A DNA stretch of 64,000 nt. Source: Nanobdellota archaeon. Its GTDB lineage: Archaea > Nanobdellota > Nanobdellia > Pacearchaeales > GW2011-AR1. How positions within the stretch are numbered: position 1 is the stretch's first letter; the number at the start of each line of letters is the position of its first letter. Positions 52,439 to 60,345 of this stretch are shown here, one piece after another. Below the pieces are notes generated by a model, which worked only from the letters and a program-made list of their open reading frames with translations, was not told the DNA's origin and searched no databases. Where the stretch lies: the NCBI GenBank assembly GCA_018830525.1, contig JAHJSH010000017.1, forward strand, positions 2,688 through 66,687, in the 5' to 3' direction. A program made the position numbers and the translations under genes.

Positions 52439-53455
52439 ATGGTAGAAATAAAGCCCACACTAGACAATAAAGATTTAAAAATATTATTTGAACTTGACAA
52501 GAATTCAAGAATTCATATTTCTAGTTTAGCTAAGAAATTAAGAATTTCAAGAGAGATCATAAAATATAGAATCAAAAAGTTAACTTCCGAAGGGATTATA
52601 AGAAATTTTACAACAATAACAAATCCCTCAAAATTTGGTTATTTAATCTATAAAGTCTACCTTAAATTTCAGAATTTTACAAAAGAAAAAGAAGAAAGAC
52701 TAAATAAATACATTTTATCTAACAAGAATATTTTCTGGATTGCTAAATGTGATGGAAGTTTTGACCTTATTTTGGGAATTTATGTTAAGAATTTAATGGA
52801 ATTTAATAATATCCTACTCGACTTCATGAGCAAGTTCAGCCAAAACATATTATCAAGGCACATTAGCAACTCGGTTTACGTAGACATATATAGAAGAGAA
52901 TATCTAAATCATGGCAAATCGGAAAGGGTAACTTGGGGAGGAGATTTTTCAGAAGAAAAATTGGATAATTTAATGAAAGGAATTCTAAAAATAATCTCTA
53001 AAGATTCTAGGACTTCTGTTGTTGATTTAGCATATAAATTAAAATCAACCCCAAAAACTATTATTTCTAAGATTAAGGAAATGGAGAAAAAACAAATTAT
53101 CTTAGGATATAGGGTAAATTTGGATTTAAAAAAAATAAAAAGGGAATATTTCAAAGCAATCATTTATTTTAGAAATATATCTCACGAAAGAGAAGAGGAA
53201 TTTAAAGAATATTGTCAAAAAAATCCAGATATTGCTTACTATATAAAAACTATAGCCGAATGGGATGCAGAATTAGATATAGAAATAGAAAACTTCACTG
53301 AATTTAATAGATTAACAAGGGAAATAAAAGAAAAATTCGGAGATATAATAAAAACAATAGATACGGTTTTTATTTCAGATGAAATGAAGGGCGAATTAAA
53401 TATCGTTCAGAATCTGTCACCCTCTTATGACAAGCCCTATCCACAAGATATATAA
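52439..53455 (+). CDS. Tandem-duplicated Lrp/AsnC-family transcriptional regulator
   Basis: Two HTH_AsnC-like modules: LDNKDLKILFELDKNSRIHISSLAKKLRISREIIKYRIKKLTSEGII and MKGILKIISKDSRTSVVDLAYKLKSTPKTIISKIKEMEKKQII. Confidence 0.75.
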   Translation: MVEIKPTLDNKDLKILFELDKNSRIHISSLAKKLRISREIIKYRIKKLTSEGIIRNFTTITNPSKFGYLIYKVYLKFQNFTKEKEERLNKYILSNKNIFWIAKCDGSFDLILGIYVKNLMEFNNILLDFMSKFSQNILSRHISNSVYVDIYRREYLNHGKSERVTWGGDFSEEKLDNLMKGILKIISKDSRTSVVDLAYKLKSTPKTIISKIKEMEKKQIILGYRVNLDLKKIKREYFKAIIYFRNISHEREEEFKEYCQKNPDIAYYIKTIAEWDAELDIEIENFTEFNRLTREIKEKFGDIIKTIDTVFISDEMKGELNIVQNLSPSYDKPYPQDI

Positions 53456-53544
53456 ATAAAACCCCCTACACACATTCAACAATAAACACAAGTCCGCAAA
53501 AAGAACTTGTGCATCACTCTATTATACCAAAAAGGGTGCTTTTA

Positions 53545-53556
53545 CGGTCGGGGCGT
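53545..53556. repeat. tRNA-Asp 3' core copy CGGTCGGGGCGT
   Basis: 11/12 match to the tRNA end; followed by TTAGGGGCGTA (53575) and three ACTTTGTNTACRTTA repeats (53563, 53585, 53603). Confidence 0.6.
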
Positions 53557-53621
53557 TGAGTAACTTTGTGTACGATTAGGGGCGTACTTTGTCTACATTA
53601 TCAATTTTGTCTACATTAGAA

Positions 53622-53795
53622 TTAGGAGGCTTCTTTCAAAATCTTAGCATCACCAATTATTCTACATCCATATTCCTCTAAATCAACTCCTAACTTTCCA
53701 CACTTGCAAATATCCATTTTATGATGCTCCTTACTATAACTTTTTAATTTTTCATTACAATGAGGACATTGCCATTCAATTGTTTTATTTATCAT
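53622..53795 (-). CDS. Zinc-ribbon small protein (57 aa), candidate partner/antitoxin of the RelA/SpoT-like gene
   Basis: Below track cutoff; MINKTIEWQCPHCNEKLKSYSKEHHKMDICKCGKLGVDLEEYGCRIIGDAKILKEAS; its ATG lies inside the last codons of the upstream gene (11-nt overlap). Confidence 0.5.
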   Translation of the reverse strand: MINKTIEWQCPHCNEKLKSYSKEHHKMDICKCGKLGVDLEEYGCRIIGDAKILKEAS

Positions 53796-54855
53796 TTAAA
53801 ATTTTCTCCAGATATTTTAAAAACTCTCGTGTGTCTACAAAGTAATTAGGATAAGCCTTTTCTAAATCACTAGCTTTATCTGCCCCAACTAAAACAACAT
53901 CATATCCATGGTTATTTTGATTTATTTTCTCTGCCCTAGAATAATCTGAAATTGCATGTTCCTCATCTTCTTTAGGATATCCTGTTAAGTTAAGTTTTTC
54001 TTGCAAAACATCAAGCTCCAAAAGGAAAAATTTAAGGTTCGGTTTTTCTTTAGCAACTTGTCTAAAAACCCTCACAGCCGATGACCACCCCTTCATGATC
54101 TTTATAACTTGCAATTCTTTTTCTTTTTCTTTTATCTGAGCGTATAATTCTTTCAAATCGGTGGGAGTGTTTGGAACAAGGGGAGTTTTTTCCATTATAG
54201 CGAAAGCTGAACTAACTAGTCTAAAGAAATCTTTCCACTCTTTTTCCCCTTCATTAGATTTTATCGCTTGTCTGGTAAACAAATCTACTGTCTCAATTGC
54301 TGTTGCCCAAAGATGTTGAAGTTTAGACCGTATTTGGATTTCTATTTGTAATCCATTATAATCCTTCTTGCCCTCCTTATTGCTTTTATATTTATATACC
54401 AAATGAATACTACGATAACCATCGGATTTTGGATATGAAATATAGTCTTTCTCGCTGACTTTAGTGTGTTTCAGGTCGCTATGAATATAGCCCTCTTTGT
54501 AGAGTTTTTTTGCTAAAAGAACATTAGACACAACAGCTCTACATCCTGCAATATCTTGCATTCGTGAAAGCTTCATTGAAGATTTCTCTCCAGAATACAC
54601 TCTTTGTAATTTTTTTAAAATAGATGGGAGCCTTTTTAGCCTTTGAACGCTCACAGCATTATTATCAATTTTTTCCGAAACTAATTTTAATCTTTTTTTA
54701 AAAATGTGCATAGGGTATCTATGTATAGCTCTCCAATTATCTAAGATACGAAGTGCCTCATCTTTTTCATCTAAAGAACTATTCTTGTCAATTAGAATAT
54801 TTCCTGCCCAATTCACTCTTTTCTTGCTATATCCTTCAGATTTTACCCAAACCAT
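53785..54855 (-). CDS. RelA/SpoT-domain nucleotide pyrophosphokinase (small alarmone synthetase / toxSAS-like)
   Basis: RLKRLPSILKKL, MQDIAGCRAVV, YISYPKSDGYRSIHLVYKY, IEIQIRSKLQHLWATAIE: the synthetase-fold motif series. Confidence 0.8.
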   Translation of the reverse strand: MVWVKSEGYSKKRVNWAGNILIDKNSSLDEKDEALRILDNWRAIHRYPMHIFKKRLKLVSEKIDNNAVSVQRLKRLPSILKKLQRVYSGEKSSMKLSRMQDIAGCRAVVSNVLLAKKLYKEGYIHSDLKHTKVSEKDYISYPKSDGYRSIHLVYKYKSNKEGKKDYNGLQIEIQIRSKLQHLWATAIETVDLFTRQAIKSNEGEKEWKDFFRLVSSAFAIMEKTPLVPNTPTDLKELYAQIKEKEKELQVIKIMKGWSSAVRVFRQVAKEKPNLKFFLLELDVLQEKLNLTGYPKEDEEHAISDYSRAEKINQNNHGYDVVLVGADKASDLEKAYPNYFVDTREFLKYLEKILNDK

Positions 54856-54888
54856 AATAAATTATAATGATAAGACTATTTAAATCTT

Positions 54889-54986
54889 TGTTTTGGGCGG
54901 TTTTTAATTGATAAAAATATAGTTTTGGGCGGTAATTTTTATGCATAAATCGGTATTTATAGAATAAAAATATAGTTTTGGGCGGT
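54889..54986. promoter_or_regulatory. Iterons upstream of the RelA/SpoT-like gene: TTTTGGGCGGT x3, two within a perfect 23-mer
   Basis: ATAAAAATATAGTTTTGGGCGGT at 54911-54933 and 54964-54986; shorter copy at 54889-54901 abutting a TTTAAATAG TATA-like box. Confidence 0.55.
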
Positions 54987-55172
54987 TTTATTACTTTAAT
55001 TCAATGGCTTTGGGCAACAGTCCAAATTTTACCCTCAAACACATTCATCTCAACTTATACCAACATCTCTTTCACCCCCTAGTGGTCGACAAGATTTACA
55101 AGTAAAACCCACCAACCACAATAAAGCAAACAAAACCGACATCCCTTTAGGATGCACGACTGGGGTCGTGGG

Positions 55173-55184
55173 CGGTTGGGGCGT
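55173..55184. repeat. tRNA-Asp 3' core copy CGGTTGGGGCGT
   Basis: 12/12 match; preceded by hairpin CACGAC-TGGG-GTCGTG and followed by TTAGGGCGTAG, as at 53575. Confidence 0.7.
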
Positions 55185-55270
55185 AGTTAGGGCGTAGCAC
55201 CATCAGCGTCGATAAAACTGATGATTTTTGTGTTTGTCTTCGGTGAAATGCTGATTATCTCAGGTATAAC

Positions 55271-55283
55271 AAAGCTTATATAA
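55271..55283 (+). promoter_or_regulatory. BRE/TATA-like AAAGCTTATATAA
   Basis: 34 nt upstream of the ATG at 55317; a similar AAGCTTTTTATAT precedes tRNA-His (around 14320). Confidence 0.45.
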
Positions 55284-55316
55284 CCCGTTTTTCTTCAAAA
55301 ATATGAGGAAACTAAA

Positions 55317-55418
55317 ATGTCAAAATGTACAGCAGTTCTAGATGCGAAGAAAGTCGAAAGCATCACATTGGAAGATTCTAGTGAATCTTTGAATGCCGAT
55401 ACTGAATCTTTAGATTAA
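55317..55418 (+). CDS. Candidate precursor peptide (33 aa)
   Basis: GAGG 8 nt upstream of the ATG; MSKCTAVLDAKKVESITLEDSSESLNADTESLD; stop lies 13 nt before the radical SAM gene. Confidence 0.4.
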   Translation: MSKCTAVLDAKKVESITLEDSSESLNADTESLD

Positions 55419-55431
55419 GTCTTTCTTTTGA

Positions 55432-56718
55432 ATGGTAAAGAAATTAGATTGCCCTAGTGTACCTCATTTGGTACACATCGAGACCACCTATAGGTGTAAT
55501 CAAAAATGTATTTTCTGTTATAACCCTAATCGAGATTGTTCTATTGATTATGAAAAACTTGATCGGATCGTAGATAGTGTGTCAAAATCAAATATCCCTC
55601 ACGTTTACTTAATAGGAGGGGAGCCTTCAATTTTGAAAATTGAGAAACTGAATGAGTATATAGATAAGCTTTCGAAAACTTCTTCGGTGACAATAGTAAC
55701 AAATGGTATAAGATATCTTGATGGTTTGTCTAAAAATCTTGCATGCATCGGAATTCCAATTCATGGGGATAAGAAAACTCATGAGTATCTAACAAATAAT
55801 CCGGGAGGATATGATACTACAATAACAAATGCTAAGAAATATATCAAGGAAGGTTTTGATGTCAGATGTATTCCCGTCCTTATGTCAATAAATTATAATC
55901 AAATGTATGATGTAATTAAACTTGCAGCGGAAATGGGTATGGAAAGTGTTTTCGTAGACCGTTTTGAATCTGGAGGAATTGGGAGTAAGCTGACAAATGA
56001 ATTGATGCCTTCAAATGAACAATTTTTTAAGGCACTTGATCAAATGATTAAAGCAAGGAAAGATTTTGCAATCCCTCTAGGTTTTGGAACTGCAATTCCT
56101 TACTGCTTAGACAAAAGAATGATTGAAGAAGACATTAAGGCTAATTGTGGTGCAGGAGTTACATTTGGTGCAATTAATCCACAAGGAGATTTTAGAATCT
56201 GTAACCAATCTCTAAAGATATATGGTAATGTTCTTGAGGAACCAGTGGAAAAGATATGGAATAAAAAGGAACTTGACGAATTCAGGGATTTAAGTTGGGT
56301 GACTGAACCTTGTATTAATTGCGATTTGTTACATGAATGTGTTTGTGGATGTAAGGTTGATACAAGTTGTTCTGGAGAGTTCTGTGTCGATTGCTCTGTG
56401 AGGGGATGCAAAGAGCCAGTCAATAAAGTTGCAATTAAAAAAGAAGTTCCGAAGATTGGGGTTCCTGAAAAAATGAGGAGATTTAAACGAAATAAGTATC
56501 TGCGTTTAAATAGTTCACACAAGGAAATTTATCTGGTTACAAGATATCAAACAATAAAAGTTGATAAATTTCTTGAAGAAGTTATTGAGTATATTCTGAA
56601 AAATGAATATATTCTAGAAAAAGAGCTTATTAATAATTTTAATAATATGGCTGATGAAAAGACCATAAGGATTATTCTTTCCAAACTTTGTTTAGTTGGA
56701 GCATTAGATCAAATATAA
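55432..56718 (+). CDS. Radical SAM enzyme with SPASM domain and C-terminal PqqD/RRE-like tail
   Basis: CNQKCIFC (CX3CX2C), LIGGEPS, CGAGVTFGAINPQGDFRIC (CX12GX4C), CINCDLLHECVCGC (CX2CX5CX3C). Confidence 0.85.
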   Translation: MVKKLDCPSVPHLVHIETTYRCNQKCIFCYNPNRDCSIDYEKLDRIVDSVSKSNIPHVYLIGGEPSILKIEKLNEYIDKLSKTSSVTIVTNGIRYLDGLSKNLACIGIPIHGDKKTHEYLTNNPGGYDTTITNAKKYIKEGFDVRCIPVLMSINYNQMYDVIKLAAEMGMESVFVDRFESGGIGSKLTNELMPSNEQFFKALDQMIKARKDFAIPLGFGTAIPYCLDKRMIEEDIKANCGAGVTFGAINPQGDFRICNQSLKIYGNVLEEPVEKIWNKKELDEFRDLSWVTEPCINCDLLHECVCGCKVDTSCSGEFCVDCSVRGCKEPVNKVAIKKEVPKIGVPEKMRRFKRNKYLRLNSSHKEIYLVTRYQTIKVDKFLEEVIEYILKNEYILEKELINNFNNMADEKTIRIILSKLCLVGALDQI

Positions 56719-56720
56719 AA

Positions 56721-58145
56721 ATGGAAATCACAAACTGCGACTGGGAAATCACTACTGGCTGTAATCTCTCATGTAAACATTGTATAATCAACTGTAAACC
56801 TGAAATAGAACTTTCTACAACACAATGTTTTTATGCAATTGACAAGCTTAAGGAATTTGGTTGCAAGCAGATTAATTTTACGGGAGGGGAAGCTCTTTTT
56901 AGAAATGATTTTCCAGAAATTTTAAAATACTCTTTTGAAAAGGGTATCGTAAATACTGTTTTCACAAATGGTATACTTCTTAAAAAAGAAATTTTAGATA
57001 AAATAAAAAAGTATGTAACTTATTTTGCAATCAGTCTGGAAGGTCCTCAAGAAGAAAATGATTCAATAAGGGGAAGTGGCACCTTCACTAAAACATTGGT
57101 CGCAATAAGATTGTTAAAAATGGAAAATATCCCTTTCGGAATACATATAACCTTAACTTCAAAAAATTATTCTTCATTAAATAAAACATTAAATCTTATC
57201 AAAGAATTGGAACCGTTTAATATTAGCATTAATCAATTAGTCTTAAAAGGGAGAGCCTTAGAAAATAAAGAGGAACTTGATTTGGATATTAATGTTGATA
57301 AGATTCTTTCAATTGTACGAGAGATTTTTCCCGAAGAGGAATTTTCTAAGGATAAGGGATGTAAGGCAAAACCTTCTTCGATAGTTTTAACGAGTGAAGG
57401 AAATATTTATTCATGCACAGAAATTAGGCAGAATTGTCCTGCAAGAAATATTGGGAATATCTTAGACGATACCCCTAAGAAAGAATCTGAAATAGTTTAC
57501 AACTCATGCAAATGTCCATATTATTCCTACAATTCAAGGAGGATAAGCATTAATTTTTTAACAGGGGATGGGTGTGCTGCATTAGAAGAAGATAATTGGG
57601 GGGATCAAGAACTCTTCCCAGGCATTGGAGAGATTTGTAAAAATTGTACAATTTGTTGTAAAACTTATGGTTGGTTAACTTCCTCCGAATCAAGGATGTT
57701 TGTTGAGCAAAAAATTCCTACCGTTAAATTTAATGGATGTGTTTCTTGTATTGATTCCTTCGATAAAGATTCAACTGGAGAAAGGATTTTAGAAGAAATT
57801 CCTATTTGTAGATTCTATAAAAATGAAAGATGTCTAATTCAAGATAAAAAGCCATTAGATTGCCAATTGTTTCCAATAAAGATAAAAGTCAGAAATGGGA
57901 ATGTTTTTTTAGGCCTAAGTAGGGATTGCAAATATATTTCATCCCTAAGTGAAAATGAAAAAGAAGCCCTATATCTTAGAGTGATCAGATATCTGAAACA
58001 TAACTTGGATGGAAAGTTAAAAGATTATTTAGATCTGAGAGTTGAGGTAGATAAAATTTCAATGCCAAAAGATTTTGCTATGAAAGAAATAGTCTCTCTA
58101 TCCCAGAAAAAGGGTGGATGGATTATTGAAGAAACTCTAGTCTAA
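56721..58145 (+). CDS. Radical SAM enzyme (twitch-like) fused to a CxxCxxCC (YkgJ/UPF0153-type) metal-binding domain
   Basis: CNLSCKHC, FTGGEAL, CKAKPSSIVLTSEGNIYSC, then CKNCTICCKTYGW...CRFY...C..Q..KP..C..FP. Confidence 0.8.
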   Translation: MEITNCDWEITTGCNLSCKHCIINCKPEIELSTTQCFYAIDKLKEFGCKQINFTGGEALFRNDFPEILKYSFEKGIVNTVFTNGILLKKEILDKIKKYVTYFAISLEGPQEENDSIRGSGTFTKTLVAIRLLKMENIPFGIHITLTSKNYSSLNKTLNLIKELEPFNISINQLVLKGRALENKEELDLDINVDKILSIVREIFPEEEFSKDKGCKAKPSSIVLTSEGNIYSCTEIRQNCPARNIGNILDDTPKKESEIVYNSCKCPYYSYNSRRISINFLTGDGCAALEEDNWGDQELFPGIGEICKNCTICCKTYGWLTSSESRMFVEQKIPTVKFNGCVSCIDSFDKDSTGERILEEIPICRFYKNERCLIQDKKPLDCQLFPIKIKVRNGNVFLGLSRDCKYISSLSENEKEALYLRVIRYLKHNLDGKLKDYLDLRVEVDKISMPKDFAMKEIVSLSQKKGGWIIEETLV

Positions 58146-59069
58146 TTTTTCCAATAGTTTATCTTTAGTTTCTTGAAAATGATCTATCATTTTAACATCA
58201 GATTTTGTTTGGGGTGAAATAATTTTAATTCCATTTATCCCATCAACAAATGCTCTTGTACAGTCATAGACATCATTATGATAGCCCCCCTCTAGAACTG
58301 CAAAAGTAGGAACTCCAAGTTCTCGAAAAAATCTTCCAATATATTGATATCCCCCCAGACTAAAGTTTAGGTTTCCTAAGGGATCTTTTGAATAAGCATC
58401 AAAACCGGCAGATATACCAATCTTCGTAGGGTTAAAATTCCAGATAAGTTTCGCGGCAACATCTAGAGAATCTTTTAGTATATCGTCCCCAGCACCCATA
58501 GGTAATGGGAGGTTTGCATTGCTCCCCCGTCCTCCCGCTTCTCCAATTTCCGAAGTATCCCCCGTATAAGGCCATTTTCCTTCTTCGTGTGTTGAAAAAT
58601 AAAATACTTCAGGATCTTTGTAAAATATGTCTTGAGTGCCGTCACCATGATGGACATCAAAGTCATAAATAAAAACTCTCTCCCCATTTTCCTGAAGGTA
58701 CTTCGCTAAAATTGCCATATTATTAAACAGGCATAAACCTTTAGCCTCATTTCTTTTCGCATGATGTCCGGGAGGATGAATAAGTGCAAAGTTATTTTCT
58801 ATGGCTGCTTCAAGCCCTAAGTTTAAGGAACTCACACAAGAAATATATGATTCGGGAGATAGCCTTGCTTCTGCAAGAGTATAATGATTTTTGCATGCAC
58901 CTTTAATTTTATCGATATGCTCTGGGCTATGAACTAAACTCATAAGTTTTTCTGCAGTATTCACCTCCGAACAAGACCTATTATGGGAAAATCCTGAAAG
59001 ACGATAAGGACCTTCAACCTTACAATTAGGATTATGGCCCATTACAGATTTATTAAACAGTATCTTCAT
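58137..59069 (-). CDS. Histone deacetylase-family (arginase fold) deacetylase / acetylpolyamine amidohydrolase-like
   Basis: HPPGHHA, DFDVHHGDGTQDIFY, SAGFDAY..DPLG, EGGY. Confidence 0.85.
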   Translation of the reverse strand: MKILFNKSVMGHNPNCKVEGPYRLSGFSHNRSCSEVNTAEKLMSLVHSPEHIDKIKGACKNHYTLAEARLSPESYISCVSSLNLGLEAAIENNFALIHPPGHHAKRNEAKGLCLFNNMAILAKYLQENGERVFIYDFDVHHGDGTQDIFYKDPEVFYFSTHEEGKWPYTGDTSEIGEAGGRGSNANLPLPMGAGDDILKDSLDVAAKLIWNFNPTKIGISAGFDAYSKDPLGNLNFSLGGYQYIGRFFRELGVPTFAVLEGGYHNDVYDCTRAFVDGINGIKIISPQTKSDVKMIDHFQETKDKLLEKLD

Positions 59070-59728
59070 TTTATTTTTTTTAAGTCAAGATATAATGTTC
59101 GAGTTCTAGGATTATCAGGGTTTTTAGTTATAATATCTCCTACGAATCCATTTCTTTTAAATATACTTGCAGTTTTCTCTAATTCAGATTCACTTCTAGG
59201 ATAAAATTGAAAAATTAGTGGCGCATTAGTCCCAAGAAGACCATAAGTCCCTTCAGCTACCTGCCGAATATCTCCCTCTTCCTTAAGCCACTGAAGAGCC
59301 GAAACAGAAACAATCCCGTCAAACTGTTGGCCTGCAAAAATTTCTCCGACATTTCTCATATCCCCCACATAAGCCTTAATCCCTCTTTCGTTTGCTTTCT
59401 CAACCATTTGAGGAGTTACATCAAGACCAATAACTTCAAAGCCCATATTTTGATAAACTGCTGAAGTGTATCCAGGACCACAACCCATATCTAAAATCTT
59501 AGAGCCTTTCCCTAAATTTAACATCTCAACAACATTATTAGCAATTCTCTCTTGAGCCTTCCTCATTCCCCCGGAACGAGCAGATTTCTCAACTTCCATA
59601 GGGGTATAAAAGAATAAAGGATTGCCATAGGTTTCCTCCGGCCGATTGTTCTTAACATTCCAGCCTTCATCAAATCGCTTATGACTATGTTTATTCTCAT
59701 ATGCATTTCTACGCCTTGTTTGTCCCAT
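59066..59728 (-). CDS. Class I SAM methyltransferase, Bud23/WBSCR22-like
   Basis: N-terminal RPEETYGNPLFFYTPMEVEKSARS..MRKAQERIANNVVEMLNL, then ILDMGCGPGYTS, parallels the Bud23 N-terminus and motif I. Confidence 0.7.
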   Translation of the reverse strand: MGQTRRRNAYENKHSHKRFDEGWNVKNNRPEETYGNPLFFYTPMEVEKSARSGGMRKAQERIANNVVEMLNLGKGSKILDMGCGPGYTSAVYQNMGFEVIGLDVTPQMVEKANERGIKAYVGDMRNVGEIFAGQQFDGIVSVSALQWLKEEGDIRQVAEGTYGLLGTNAPLIFQFYPRSESELEKTASIFKRNGFVGDIITKNPDNPRTRTLYLDLKKIK

Positions 59729-59804
59729 AAAAGTGGTAAAATCTAGATATTTATAAGCATTTGGGTGTGAAAAGATATAAAAATACTCTAATCAAAAAGA
59801 ATAC

Positions 59805-60227
59805 ATGGAAAACCTAAAAGAAAAATGTATTGATCTCGCGAGATCTTTGCCGGATTGGTTTACTGATGTTGCGATCGAAAACATGAAGATTGACTTCGAG
59901 TTAAATGAAATTATATCTGAAGGAGATTTGGATGGATTTTTAGTTTATAATTCAGACAATGGGACCATTAAGATAATCTGGACTGCAGTAAAGAAAGAAG
60001 CCCAGCGTGGCGGGATTGGGACTCGTTTGATTAATAAGTTAATTGCTAAGGCAAAAGAGCTTGGAGTCAAGGAAATTATAGTTGAAACACTTTCTCCAAA
60101 TCAGGAATATGTTCCATATAATCTAACGCGAGCGTTCTATGAAAAGAATGGCTTCAAGGTTAAGAAGATAATCCCTCCCGAGAAAGAAGGCTGGGATGAA
60201 ATGGTCCTTTATGGGCTGGAATTGTAA
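59805..60227 (+). CDS. GNAT-family N-acetyltransferase
   Basis: VKKEAQRGGIGTRLINKLI (Q/RxxGxG/A acetyl-CoA motif), FYEKNGF. Confidence 0.82.
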   Translation: MENLKEKCIDLARSLPDWFTDVAIENMKIDFELNEIISEGDLDGFLVYNSDNGTIKIIWTAVKKEAQRGGIGTRLINKLIAKAKELGVKEIIVETLSPNQEYVPYNLTRAFYEKNGFKVKKIIPPEKEGWDEMVLYGLEL

Positions 60228-60255
60228 AATAAGCCTAAGTTAAATCCCCATTAGC

Positions 60256-60274
60256 CCCCGGTCGGGGCGTGAGA
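60256..60274. repeat. tRNA-Asp 3' end copy CCCCGGTCGGGGCGTGAGA
   Basis: 18/19 match to 40765-40783 (CCCCGGTTGGGGCGTGAGA); followed by an integrase gene at the same spacing class as at the tRNA. Confidence 0.8.
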
Positions 60275-60345
60275 AAATAGTTTTACGTACTGAAAAGATA
60301 TAATCGTGGTATATAAACCAAAAAAGATTATATCTTTCAAGTACA

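Noticed and set aside
55303-55341. Alternative 12-codon ORF (MRKLKCQNVQQF) starting at 55303 upstream of the rSAM genes
   Set aside because: It overlaps the GAGG that serves the 55317 ATG, has no RBS of its own, and is much shorter. The 33-codon frame is the better candidate.
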